A DNA stretch of 64,000 nucleotides from an uncultured bacterium (GTDB lineage Bacteria; Oederibacteriota; JAAXVQ01; JAUVAV01), in NCBI GenBank assembly GCA_963710755.1, contig CAVQBK010000002.1, positions 32,001 through 96,000 of the forward strand. Reading direction: 5' to 3'. Position 1 is the first letter of the stretch; every line of letters begins with the position of its first letter. The notes under the pieces were generated by a model, which did not search any database, was not told the DNA's origin, and saw only the letters and a program-made list of their open reading frames with translations. The translations under genes were made by a program, and so were the position numbers. Below, piece after piece: positions 1-9,377 of this stretch.

Positions 1-516
1 CAATAGTCCCCGGGCCAATTTCAGGCTTTGCTGATATTCCCCGGCATTTTCAAGGCCTACCAGATCAACCGGCCGGGCGCCGTTGGCGGCGCCGTACTCC
101 GCCCCGGTTAATTTTCCCTGGCTTAAAAAATAATCACTTACCGATTGTCGGATTTGCGGGATGGGAAAAGTCCGTAAAACACTTACATCCACCTTACCAT
201 GAGCCCCTTCTTCACCCACCAGAGAAAGGCCGTAATGTTGAGCCAGGTGGCTGATGATGGCGGCAATATGATGTTGCACTTCCTCATTGCAATGCAGGTC
301 TTGAATAAGCACAATAGTTTTCGCACCCGCAGCATGACTGCTTGCAATGCTTCCCCATTTGTCCGGCAGGGCCAGTTTTTTACCTTTAAGATAAAAAGAG
401 GGTGTGGTGAGCAAACCTGAGGCATAAGTCATGCTTTCAAAGGCCCACATGGTCTGAGGCCAGAGCAGGCATAAGGACAGCAACACGGCAGTGATGGTTT
501 GGGCTTTTTTATTCAT
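1..516 (-). CDS. 5' part of a secreted protein, truncated by the window edge; N-terminal domain resembles that of giant proteins of Omnitrophota-like bacteria
   Basis: Hand translation from ATG at 516 is open for 172 codons to base 1: MNKKAQTITAVLLSLCLLWPQTMWA (signal peptide)...IVLIQDLHCNEEVQHHIAAII...LVGEEGAHG...GKLTGAEY...LVGLENAGEY. Not in the ORF track because the stop lies outside the window. Confidence 0.85.
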   Translation of the reverse strand, partial: MNKKAQTITAVLLSLCLLWPQTMWAFESMTYASGLLTTPSFYLKGKKLALPDKWGSIASSHAAGAKTIVLIQDLHCNEEVQHHIAAIISHLAQHYGLSLVGEEGAHGKVDVSVLRTFPIPQIRQSVSDYFLSQGKLTGAEYGAANGARPVDLVGLENAGEYQQSLKLARGLL

Positions 517-568
517 AACACTCAACTTCAGTAGAATGGGTTTTGCGGTTTCCTAGCGTTGCTGGCTA

Positions 569-597
569 AGTATATCAATCCCTGAAAAAGGGATCAA
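569..597 (-). promoter_or_regulatory. putative sigma70 promoter for the edge gene
   Basis: Minus strand TTGATC-17 bp-TATACT with a TGn extended -10, about 50 bp upstream of ATG 516. Confidence 0.55.
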
Positions 598-744
598 TTT
601 CCTGGTTATTAATTACTGAAGGTTTTGGTTTGTTAAACCGGCAAGTGTTTCATTTGACAGCATGGCAGGGGTTGAATTTTTTCCTGCCAGGCAGGGGAGT
701 GTTGCCATAAAGAGCATGCTTCAGGGCATTTTAAAGGGTTAAGC

Positions 745-1485
745 TTACATTTTCATTTTTTTAAAGACATTTTCCGGAATGGATTTTACCGCCACCATGA
801 TCCATCGCCAGAACCACGGAATATAGGCTTCGTTCTTTTTCCGGTGTACGGCCTTGAGCAGGCCCTTGGCAAAGGTTTCGGGCGAGGCCATGAGCAGGCC
901 CTGCTTAAGATGACTGGTCATGGGTGTATGCACCAGACCTGGCTTCACGGTCATCACATGCACGCCGTAGTGGGCCAAGCGGTTGCGCAAACCTTGCAAG
1001 TAGGTGGAAAAGGCCGATTTGGAAGACCCATAAATATAATTACTCTGCCGTCCCCGGTCACCGGCCACGGACGAGACCCCCACGATCAAACCTTTTTTCT
1101 GTTTCTCCATATGGTTGGCCACTTGTTCCAAAATGCTGGCGGCACCCACATAATTAACGGTCATAGTTTCCCGGGACAGTTCAAATTGCTGCTGCGAGGC
1201 TTTTTGGTCTTTCATGGTACCGAAAAACAAATACACTTCATCCAGCTCTGGATAGCGCTCGGTTAAGGTCTGCACAAATGCTGCATGGGTTTCCGTTTTT
1301 TTGGCATCAAAGGGCATCACCACTGGTTTGGCGGCCTGGGTGCGCAGTTCAATATCAGCCGCGTTTTTTTCCAATTCATTGGGATGGCGACCGGCCAGGA
1401 TCAATTGATGCTCCGGTTTGGCCACCAGCATGGCCCAGGCTTTGGCCATGGCCGAATTAGCCCCTAAAATTAAAATGGTTTTCAT
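745..1485 (-). CDS. SDR oxidoreductase, DprE2-like (polyprenyl-phospho-2-keto-pentose reductase)
   Basis: GANSAMA Rossmann start, SSVAGDRGRQSNYIYGSSK (YxxxK), directly downstream of a DprE1-like gene. An alternative start at 1512 overlaps the upstream stop. Confidence 0.85.
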   Translation of the reverse strand: MKTILILGANSAMAKAWAMLVAKPEHQLILAGRHPNELEKNAADIELRTQAAKPVVMPFDAKKTETHAAFVQTLTERYPELDEVYLFFGTMKDQKASQQQFELSRETMTVNYVGAASILEQVANHMEKQKKGLIVGVSSVAGDRGRQSNYIYGSSKSAFSTYLQGLRNRLAHYGVHVMTVKPGLVHTPMTSHLKQGLLMASPETFAKGLLKAVHRKKNEAYIPWFWRWIMVAVKSIPENVFKKMKM

Positions 1486-1504
1486 AGTTATTTCCTTGGT
1501 TTGT

Positions 1505-2893
1505 TTACTCATGATCCTCCACCAGTCCCAGACGCCGGCCCTGATCAGAGGCAAACACCTGCTGCGGATCGACCTGGGCTTTCACGGCTTTCCATTCCTT
1601 CAGCCTGGGGTACATGGCTTCAAAGGTCGTGCGTTGCATACGGCTGTCCTTGGCCAGATACAACCGGCCGCCGTAATTTAAAACCAATTCGTCCCATTTG
1701 TCCATCTCTTTTAAGATAGCGCCCGATCCCACGGGAAAATCAAGGGCAATAAAATAACCGGGCGTGGGAAAAGAAAGGGGCGCTTTTTCGGGTATGGGGC
1801 CGAATTTTTTCAGCACGGCCAGAAAAGACGCCCGTCCGCTTTTGGCAATGGCTTCCAGCACTTTTTTAATGCCTTCAAAGCCATGCTCGGGTGGGATTAA
1901 AAACTGGTACTGGACCAGACCGGGTTTGCCGTAAATACGGTTCCAGCGTAAGATCGCATCCAGTGGATAAAAGAAGGTATCAATATCTACCAGGTGATTG
2001 CTGTGGCGGGGATGCTTGCCGTAAATCACGGCATTGAAGGCCGCCACGGAAAGCGGGTTGAGGCTCCAACTGGGAAAATCCAAGGGCACCATCACCTTGG
2101 GCTTGGCCGTTAACCGCAAAGGATCGGCCTGTGTCGCCTTACTTTTCAAATCTGCTTTCTTGGCAAAACCGCCGCGCATCATGATGCTGCGGCCCAGGTG
2201 GCGGCCTTTGGCCAGGCAATCGATCCAGGACACGGTGAGCGGTGTGGATTCTGATTCCTCGTACAATTGAAAAATATGCTCCAGATCCCTGGCTTTTATT
2301 CCCTCGTAATGGAGCAGACTGGTTTCAATAGGCATCAGTCTCAATTCCACGCTGAGGATAAGGCCGGTTAGGCCCATGCCGCCCACGGTGGCCCAGAACA
2401 GGTCAGGCCGTTCGTTGGGCGAACAGGTCACTTCCGCGCCATCAGCCAGAAGCATATGCAGGCGTTCAATAAAATGACCGATGCTCAGCTTGCTCTTGCC
2501 GTGCACATCGCAAGCCACGCACCCGCCCAAAGTGGGATACTTGGTGCCCGGCGTGACCGGCAAAAACCAGCCCTTGGGCACGAAAACCCGGATGATCTCT
2601 TCCAGGGTGACGCCCGCTTCCGCATGCACCACGCCCGTGGTGTTGTCAAAAGCTAGTAGCCGGTTGGCGGCCCGGAAATCCAAAACCAGGTTGTCTTGAT
2701 TGAGCGCCGAATCCCCATAAGCCCGGCCTGCACCCCGGCCCAGGAGGCTAAAGTTCTGACGGCATTGTAAAAAATCTGATGCAGATGCAGCACTGTGAAG
2801 CTTAATCAAGTGGGCCTGACTCAGCGGATAGCGGCCCCATCCGCCCATCACCCTTAAAGGCGGCCATTCATACTCATTTTCCCCAGGTACCAT
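1505..2893 (-). CDS. FAD-binding oxidoreductase, DprE1-like (polyprenyl-phospho-ribose oxidase)
   Basis: GRGAGRAYGDSA, PVTPGTKYPTLGGCVACDVHGK, ATVGGMGLTG, GGRLYLAKD motifs; AGGAG before ATG 2893. Confidence 0.88.
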   Translation of the reverse strand: MVPGENEYEWPPLRVMGGWGRYPLSQAHLIKLHSAASASDFLQCRQNFSLLGRGAGRAYGDSALNQDNLVLDFRAANRLLAFDNTTGVVHAEAGVTLEEIIRVFVPKGWFLPVTPGTKYPTLGGCVACDVHGKSKLSIGHFIERLHMLLADGAEVTCSPNERPDLFWATVGGMGLTGLILSVELRLMPIETSLLHYEGIKARDLEHIFQLYEESESTPLTVSWIDCLAKGRHLGRSIMMRGGFAKKADLKSKATQADPLRLTAKPKVMVPLDFPSWSLNPLSVAAFNAVIYGKHPRHSNHLVDIDTFFYPLDAILRWNRIYGKPGLVQYQFLIPPEHGFEGIKKVLEAIAKSGRASFLAVLKKFGPIPEKAPLSFPTPGYFIALDFPVGSGAILKEMDKWDELVLNYGGRLYLAKDSRMQRTTFEAMYPRLKEWKAVKAQVDPQQVFASDQGRRLGLVEDHE

Positions 2894-2960
2894 TATTCTT
2901 CTCCTGATGTCGATAGAGTGTGCAGCTTTAAAACAGTTTGGCCCCATGGACCAACCGCTA

Positions 2961-3431
2961 TCAATACCGCTGGCGCATCTGACGGTCGGTTTCGCGCTTG
3001 ATGTCCCGTTCTTTTAAGGCTTCTTTCTTGTCAAAGGTATGTTTGCCTTTGGCCAACCCCAGTTCCACCTTCACCCTGCGGCCTTTGAGGTAGATTGAAA
3101 GCGGCACCAAGGTCAGGCCCTTCTGAGTCAGTTTGCCTTCCAGTTTCATGATTTCCCGTTTATGTAACAACAGCTGCCTGGGCCTCACCGGATCGGGATT
3201 TTCACGGTTACCCTGCGGATACGGAGAAATATGTAGATTAAGCAAACGCACCCGGCCCTGTTTGACCTGGGCGTAACTATCCTGCAGATTGGCCTGGCCG
3301 GCGCGCAGGGACTTGACCTCACAGCCCACCAGTTCAATACCAGCTTCCAGTCTTTCCAGAATCAAATATTCATGCAGGGCCCTGCGGTTGCTTACCAGAC
3401 GCTTAAAGTCTTCTTTTTCGGCAGTGCTCAC
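2961..3431 (-). CDS. smpB: SsrA-binding protein SmpB
   Basis: NRRALHEY, EAGIELVGCEVKSLR, LLLHKREI, GLAKGK...DKKE; GTGA overlap with the rnr stop. Confidence 0.97.
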   Translation of the reverse strand: MSTAEKEDFKRLVSNRRALHEYLILERLEAGIELVGCEVKSLRAGQANLQDSYAQVKQGRVRLLNLHISPYPQGNRENPDPVRPRQLLLHKREIMKLEGKLTQKGLTLVPLSIYLKGRRVKVELGLAKGKHTFDKKEALKERDIKRETDRQMRQRY

Positions 3432-5644
3432 CGGTGTCTCCTTTTGCTTTTCACCAGCCGGGGCGGATTCTTGGGCGGTCCCGGGTTAACGGCGCGGTCT
3501 TGGTGTTCGAGCAATTGAAAATACACGCGTAGCTGCTCTTCGTCAACCTCCAAGACGCTGATGCGCACGGCCTGACCGGTCCGGTATTCCCGGCCCGAAC
3601 GGCTGCCGTAAAAAAACCGGCGTGTTTCATCATAAAGATAATAATCATCATTCAGATCGGTGACGGGCACCAACCCTTCCACATAATGCTCGTTCAATTC
3701 CACAAAGAAGCCGAAAGCTTTGACCGAGGTGATAATGCCCTCAAAGGGCTCGCCCAATTTGGTTTTTAAAAATTGCATTTGTTTGGTGCGCACGGCCATG
3801 CGCTCCGCTTTTTCCGCGATTCGCTCCCGCTGGGAAAGATGCTCGGCCCACTGGGGCATGCGGCTCTGCAGGTCTTCCAGATGGCGGCCGGATGGATTGC
3901 CCTGCTCCAATTGTTCCGTAAGCATGCGGTGTACGATCAGATCAGGATAACGCCGGATGGGTGAGGTGAAATGACAATAACAGCTGCTGCCCAGGCCGAA
4001 GTGGCCCTTATTAACTGCCGAGTAAACCGCCAGTTTCATGGCCCGCAGCAGGGCATGATTCATAATGGCTTCCTCCGGCTTGCCTTTAAAGGAATGAAGC
4101 AGGGCCTGGAAAGCCCGGGAGGCTTCCTTGGGTTTGCCGGGACTGAAGTCATAACCATAGGCTTTTAGGAAGATCTGGAACTCTTCCATCTTTTCGCCGT
4201 CCGGTGCTTCGTGAATGCGATACAACGTCGGCCGGCCTGCCCGCGCCAGATAAGCAGCCACCGCCTCGTTGGCGGCGATCATGCAATCTTCGATTAAACG
4301 ATGGCTCTGCAGCTGTTGACGCTTCTCAATGGTGGTCACTTCCCCTTTTTCATTGAGAATCACCCGAGCATCAGGCAGGTCAAAATCCAGATTGCCCCGG
4401 CTGTCCCTGTTGGCCCTCAGCGCTGCAGACACCTCGGCCAGATGGCGGAGTTGCACTTTGAAAGCCTGGGCTGGATCATCCTGCTCCTTCCCGCTGAGCA
4501 CGGTCTCCACGCCGTCATAGGTCAAGCGGCCGGCACTGCGGATAACCGCCCGCACAAAGCGGCTGGCCGTGCACACCCCCTGAGGATTAATGGTCATTAT
4601 CGCGCACACCGTAAAGCGGTCCTGGTCCGGCACCAGGCTGCATACCCCGCAGGACAATTCTTCGGGCAGCATGTGCAGCACCCGGTCGGGCAGATAAACA
4701 CTGGTGCCGCGTTCGCGGGCTTCCAGATCGAGCACAGTGCCTGATTTCAAATAATGGGCCACATCGGCAATATACACTTCCAACTGCCAGCCGCCGCCGG
4801 GCACAGGTTCGCAGTACACGGCATCGTCAAAATCACGGGCATCGGCACCGTCAATGGTCACAATGGGTTTGTGCCTGCAGTCCTCGCGGTCCGGATAATT
4901 CGTTTGGGATGGTGCCACTGCAATGGCTTTGGCCTGCGCCAAGGCTTTTAAGGAAAACCCTTCGGGCAGTTCAAAGCGCTTGATAATGGTGGTGATATCC
5001 ACACCCGGATCATCACGCTTGCCCAGAATGTCGATGACCTTGGCCTGGCCTTGCTGGGCCTGATCAGGCCATCGCCGTACTTCCGCGACCACCACATCGT
5101 GATCCTCTGCCCCAGCCTCTTGACCGCGGGCAATGAAAAAATCACGCACATAGGGCAGGCCATCCGGCGCCAGCAGGCCGTAGCCCCGCTGCTGGCGGAA
5201 CAGTCCCACCAAAGTCTTGCGCCCCCGCTCGAGCACCTTGACTACTTGAGCCCGCTGACGTCCGCCCCGGCGGTCATCGCGATAAACCATGGCTTCCACC
5301 AAATCGCCGGCCACCGCGTCCTTGAGATTGGACGCAGGCAGGTAGAGATCTTCCTGGCCTTCTTTTTCGGGAATAAGAAAGGCAAAAGCAGGCTGGTGCT
5401 GGCTGATGCGGCCCACAATGGTTTGTTGCGGCTGGGGCGATCCGTATTTGCCACCGCGCATACGCATGAGCTTGCCCTGACCTTTGAGGCTGGATAATTG
5501 GGCTTGAACCAGGGCACGCTGCTGAATAGGCAGTCCCAAAGCCACCGTCAGGGCCTTGACCCCCATAGGCTGGCGGTGTAAAAGGGAAAGAATTTTTCCG
5601 GGCGTGATGGTTTTTTTAGAAGACGATCTTTTGGGATGTTTCAT
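3428..5644 (-). CDS. rnr: ribonuclease R
   Basis: TIDGADARDFDDAV, HFTSPIRRYPDLIVHR, N-terminal HTH/CSD, C-terminal S1; coupled to smpB. Confidence 0.96.
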   Translation of the reverse strand: MKHPKRSSSKKTITPGKILSLLHRQPMGVKALTVALGLPIQQRALVQAQLSSLKGQGKLMRMRGGKYGSPQPQQTIVGRISQHQPAFAFLIPEKEGQEDLYLPASNLKDAVAGDLVEAMVYRDDRRGGRQRAQVVKVLERGRKTLVGLFRQQRGYGLLAPDGLPYVRDFFIARGQEAGAEDHDVVVAEVRRWPDQAQQGQAKVIDILGKRDDPGVDITTIIKRFELPEGFSLKALAQAKAIAVAPSQTNYPDREDCRHKPIVTIDGADARDFDDAVYCEPVPGGGWQLEVYIADVAHYLKSGTVLDLEARERGTSVYLPDRVLHMLPEELSCGVCSLVPDQDRFTVCAIMTINPQGVCTASRFVRAVIRSAGRLTYDGVETVLSGKEQDDPAQAFKVQLRHLAEVSAALRANRDSRGNLDFDLPDARVILNEKGEVTTIEKRQQLQSHRLIEDCMIAANEAVAAYLARAGRPTLYRIHEAPDGEKMEEFQIFLKAYGYDFSPGKPKEASRAFQALLHSFKGKPEEAIMNHALLRAMKLAVYSAVNKGHFGLGSSCYCHFTSPIRRYPDLIVHRMLTEQLEQGNPSGRHLEDLQSRMPQWAEHLSQRERIAEKAERMAVRTKQMQFLKTKLGEPFEGIITSVKAFGFFVELNEHYVEGLVPVTDLNDDYYLYDETRRFFYGSRSGREYRTGQAVRISVLEVDEEQLRVYFQLLEHQDRAVNPGPPKNPPRLVKSKRRHR

Positions 5645-5715
5645 TGAACCTCGTCAGAGTGTTTCGGCCGAGGCTGGTGATAGCCACCGCAGCGCAAAAC
5701 CTAAAAGTTATCTGC

Positions 5716-5745
5716 TTGACATAGGCCGTGAGCATTGGGTATAGT
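5716..5745 (+). promoter_or_regulatory. sigma70 promoter of tRNA-Leu
   Basis: TTGACA-18 bp-TATAGT ending 15 bp before the tRNA. Confidence 0.75.
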
Positions 5746-5760
5746 GTTTTCCCTCTGCAT

Positions 5761-5846
5761 GCGGAAGTGGCGAAATGGCAGACGCGCAAGATTCAGGATC
5801 TTGTGAGGGCAACCTCATGGGGGTTCAAGTCCCCCCTTCCGCACCA
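5761..5846 (+). tRNA. tRNA-Leu (anticodon CAG)
   Basis: GCGGAAG/CTTCCGC acceptor stem, CAAGA-TTCAGGA-TCTTG anticodon arm, long variable arm, GGTTCAAGTCC T arm, encoded CCA. Confidence 0.97.
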
Positions 5847-5850
5847 GCCT

Positions 5851-6555
5851 TTATGCTTTTGATCCTGCCGATTTTTTCTTGGTTTTGGTCTTCTTGCTTA
5901 AGTCAGCAATATTATTGGGATTGGTCTCGGCTAATCGTTCACGTACTCTGGCCAGATTGGCTTCCGTGCCTTTAAGTACTTTGCGCAAAGTCTGGGTGGT
6001 TTTTTCCGCCAGCTTTTCCCCTTTTCGGGCCATGCGTCGCGTGGACCCCGACAAGCCGGAAGCGGGCACCACCTTAATTTTGGCTGCAGCCTTGACTTTA
6101 ACTTGCGCCTGAGCCTGAATCAAAATCAAATCCTCTCCCAGCACCGTTTCTTCCGGATCAAGGACTACACTTTTTTGACCATCCAATTCCAGACTTTTAA
6201 TCACCCAAGTTTTTTCATCAACCGTCAAGTCCTGCAAATGACCAAGAGCGCGGCCATCCTTACTGGAGACAGGCATATGGCGCAGCCGTTCCCACGGCAA
6301 CCCGGACGATGGGGCCTGGGGCAATAATTTGGTGGCATTGGCAATCAGCAGCATGTCGGTTCCGACTTTTTTAACATGCTCCACAGGAAGCCATTTTTCC
6401 GTTTTACTGTCAGGACCAGTTTTAGGTTTGATGATAAATCCCAATAGCTGATTGGTTTTCTTGTCCAGAACTGCGCCCCCAACATGCCCGAGGATAGCGC
6501 CCTGTTGAAGGTTGGTGACCCATAAATGCCGGCATTTTTTAAGTGCGATACTCAT
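5851..6555 (-). CDS. tandem PRC-barrel protein with a lysine-rich tail
   Basis: Two V-x3-G-x-x-LG-x-[VL] repeats (VTNLQQGAILGHV; VSSKDGRALGHLQDL), each ending in a G-x-D-x-[LI]-L-I motif; paralog of 7255..7950. Confidence 0.75.
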   Translation of the reverse strand: MSIALKKCRHLWVTNLQQGAILGHVGGAVLDKKTNQLLGFIIKPKTGPDSKTEKWLPVEHVKKVGTDMLLIANATKLLPQAPSSGLPWERLRHMPVSSKDGRALGHLQDLTVDEKTWVIKSLELDGQKSVVLDPEETVLGEDLILIQAQAQVKVKAAAKIKVVPASGLSGSTRRMARKGEKLAEKTTQTLRKVLKGTEANLARVRERLAETNPNNIADLSKKTKTKKKSAGSKA

Positions 6556-6566
6556 GCTTGCCTCCC

Positions 6567-7274
6567 TCATTGCAATGCGTGAATAGCTGTGATAACTTCT
6601 TCCTGAGACAGGCCCAAGGTAGAGCCCAACCAGTGCAAAGACCAGTGGTGTTTTAACCGTTTCAAGGGACGGTTAAATATTTTTTCCGCCACGGCCTCGA
6701 GCACAGCCCTACGCCGATTCTGATCCAGGGATTCCATATCGATCACCAGTTCGGGCTTCCCCAAGACAGGCTTGGGTCTGGCAATGCTGGCCAGAGGATA
6801 AAACCCTATCACCAGCATAGGTCCCACGCTTGGTGTCCAACCCAAACGATGCAAAATCAGCCGGGCTCGTTGGTAATGATAATGATCCCATAAAAAGCTC
6901 CAATCACGCTTGGCCAAATGGTATTCCGCATCAAGAGGATCGCAGCCTTCCACCATCCAGTATATGGTGCCTGAACAATAATGTTGTGGCTTGGCCTGAA
7001 AGATCACCCGTGCCAGGTCGTGGGCATTGCTCGGATCCACGCCACCTGGCTGGGGCCACAACAGGTAAGCGTAAAGGCCCTGCTCCCCCTCTTCATCAAA
7101 ACCATTCACCAGCAATTCAGCAGGACAAGTCATTAAATTGTTCCGCCCCTGGTGCGGTATAGTTGTCACCGGCCGGGGTATGGACGGCACCCGGGGTTGA
7201 TGGGCGCACCCTGCTGCCACTAGCACGAATAGTATCAGGCTTAACCGGACGCGATTAATGAGATTGCTCTTCAT
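6567..7274 (-). CDS. hypothetical lipoprotein
   Basis: MKSNLINRVRLSLILFVLVAAG-C lipobox; start overlaps the end of the upstream PRC gene and stop lies 11 bp before the downstream one. Confidence 0.65.
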   Translation of the reverse strand: MKSNLINRVRLSLILFVLVAAGCAHQPRVPSIPRPVTTIPHQGRNNLMTCPAELLVNGFDEEGEQGLYAYLLWPQPGGVDPSNAHDLARVIFQAKPQHYCSGTIYWMVEGCDPLDAEYHLAKRDWSFLWDHYHYQRARLILHRLGWTPSVGPMLVIGFYPLASIARPKPVLGKPELVIDMESLDQNRRRAVLEAVAEKIFNRPLKRLKHHWSLHWLGSTLGLSQEEVITAIHALQ

Positions 7275-7950
7275 CTGCCTGTGGTGACGGTGATGGGTCC
7301 GGTTGCTCGCTGGGCGTCTCAGGTTCTGAACCAAGGGGAGCTTGTTCCTCAGGGAACTCCGCTGCGTCCGGTTCTCCGGGCTTTAATTCCGCTTCACTGC
7401 CCTTGAGCACTCGTTTGATCACCTCCGACGTGTGTTTGACAAATTCCTTGCCGAACACACTTTCCACAATAGTTTCCTTCTTTTCCTTGACCCGTTCCTG
7501 GGGTACTGCCCCGGCTTGCACTAATATCATATCCTGACCAAAAACGGTTTCCAGCCCTTGGATAGCCACGGTGTGATCATTGGTCAAGGCCAGCTCAATG
7601 ACCGCAGCATCTTCAAGATTGATCGCCATGTCCGCCAGCTGGCCCAAGGCCCGGCCGTCCTTGCCGGAGACCGGCATACCCAGCCATTGGATCAGACGCT
7701 TACCGGTTGGAGGTGCAGGACCAACGGCATTATCGTTCTGTACATAGATCAAGTCCTCGCCAATTTTGATGATGGACTCATAGGGCAGCCAGATGTCCTG
7801 TCCGCTCAGGGGCGAACCAATCCGCAAGGCCATGCCGGCTACTTTTTTTTGATCATCGATATAAATATTGTTAACCGTTCCCAGCATGCGGCCTTCGTCC
7901 AGGGAAGCCACCCACATGCCTTTAATGTCCTTTAACCACGCTGTTTCCAT
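7255..7950 (-). CDS. tandem PRC-barrel protein with an acidic/proline-rich tail
   Basis: VASLDEGRMLGTV...IGEDLIYV and VSGKDGRALGQLADM...FGQDMILV; AGGTG before ATG 7950. Confidence 0.8.
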   Translation of the reverse strand: METAWLKDIKGMWVASLDEGRMLGTVNNIYIDDQKKVAGMALRIGSPLSGQDIWLPYESIIKIGEDLIYVQNDNAVGPAPPTGKRLIQWLGMPVSGKDGRALGQLADMAINLEDAAVIELALTNDHTVAIQGLETVFGQDMILVQAGAVPQERVKEKKETIVESVFGKEFVKHTSEVIKRVLKGSEAELKPGEPDAAEFPEEQAPLGSEPETPSEQPDPSPSPQADEEQSH

Positions 7951-8212
7951 TATTTTCACCTTCTTCAACATAAACTGGTGCCTTGATAGGTTCCCGTTCC
8001 TCCCTGGAACTTGACCCAGAGATGGTCGGCACTATAAATTTAAAATTCGTCCCATTTCAAATTACCTGGTGACTTGTTGCTTAAAGCCGTCTCGTCCAAT
8101 TGAGGTGCCTAGCCGGTCGGGGTCACAAGGCAATTTAATTTTGGCACTTGTCCCTGGCCTTGGCAAGGGCTTTCTATCCAGTTCTTATTGTAAAAAGGGC
8201 AATTTTCCCATG

Positions 8213-8338
8213 CCTTCTTTCCCGAATTGGGGGGAGAGGGTTGGGGTGCGGGGGTAAAAGACTTTATTTTTAAAAATAATATCTTACCTCTATTCCCTCG
8301 GGGTGCCTGTGACAAAGATATCTCCCAAGAGGAGAGGA
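8213..8338. repeat. degenerate REP-like palindromic pair (CCCTCTCCC...GGGAGAGGG-GGGGTG type)
   Basis: ccttctttcccgaattggggggagagggttggggtgcgggg, an AT spacer, then a decayed inverted copy cttacctctattccctc...tctcccaagaggagagga. Confidence 0.5.
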
Positions 8339-8569
8339 CTATTTTATTTAGATCGAAAAAACCTCTTTCCGCAACACAACCTATCTATTTATTTGACGAC
8401 TTCATCAGGATGTATTAAGACATGACGGGCTGGCTTTGAGGAGAGACGATAAAGAATAAGTGGTGGCCATCCGAAGATTTATGGTAATCTGAAAAGCGTC
8501 TTTATTTGGGCCTCATGGTTACCCATGGCGCCGGATTGGCTTGAATCAACCCCTCGACAGGAGATTTTC

Positions 8570-9376
8570 ATGACGTCCTCTTTGTCCACCTATGATCAGT
8601 ATGGCGACCGGATTGAAATCATTGGTTATGGTACCACCATACTGTCGGGCATGCTGTTTCTGACCTATTTCACCATGCTCTTTTTTTCCAAGACCGTCCA
8701 GGCCCAAAACAGTCTGGACAAATTGCTCATCCTATTTTTTTCATTACTGCTGTTCACCACTGGATTTTTTGTACCGCTCCATAAAAACCGGGCCCGCCTG
8801 CTGCACCGTACGCTTTTTTTGCTTCTCGGCTCATTTTCCTTTTTTGATTTCTTTGACAAAGGCACCTGGTATTTTGGGGTACTTTTTGCTTACACCCTGT
8901 ATGGGTACTGGGTTCTCGGCCATCCCATGGCGATCCGGTTTTTCCGTGCTTTGAAACCAAGAGAAAAGCCTTTACAAAAGCACAGCGGCTGGATCATGGC
9001 TCACCTTTCCATCCAGACCATGCTGGTGCTGATCTTCTTCTTGAAAGGATTGGTAGCACTGATTAATGACGCCACTGGCACCAGCCTCAGTCAGGGTATG
9101 GGTTATTTAACCCTGGCCCTGTTTTTATCGGTCCTCCTCTGGGGACTGCGCCGGTTAAAACCTTGGGCGCGCTGGCTGATTATTATTTATAGTGCCGCCT
9201 TCTTTTTAGTGCTCTTCCCCAGATCTCTGAGCGACCAGGTGCAGAACTATCTGGAATATTGGAAGGCGCTGTTCATGGCAGGCTATTATTTAAGCCTGTG
9301 CTTGTTCTTTAGTTTCGCCCCTTCAGTCAAAGCTCTGTTCCAAGGCCGTCCGGCATTTCCCGGAAAGTCCTCCTAA
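8570..9376 (+). CDS. hypothetical multi-pass membrane protein, apparently two related 4-TM halves
   Basis: About 8 hydrophobic segments; HKNRARLL vs LKPWARWL and HPMAIRFF vs APSVKALF; AGGAG before ATG 8570. Confidence 0.7.
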   Translation: MTSSLSTYDQYGDRIEIIGYGTTILSGMLFLTYFTMLFFSKTVQAQNSLDKLLILFFSLLLFTTGFFVPLHKNRARLLHRTLFLLLGSFSFFDFFDKGTWYFGVLFAYTLYGYWVLGHPMAIRFFRALKPREKPLQKHSGWIMAHLSIQTMLVLIFFLKGLVALINDATGTSLSQGMGYLTLALFLSVLLWGLRRLKPWARWLIIIYSAAFFLVLFPRSLSDQVQNYLEYWKALFMAGYYLSLCLFFSFAPSVKALFQGRPAFPGKSS

Positions 9377-9377
9377 G

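Noticed and set aside
2961-5644. tmRNA (ssrA) near smpB-rnr
   Set aside because: The flanking intergenic gaps are too short and show no tmRNA termini.
5761-5851. tRNA-Leu as an island integration site (a convergent gene stops 4 bp after the CCA)
   Set aside because: No integrase and no duplicate of the tRNA 3' end found by eye in the window.
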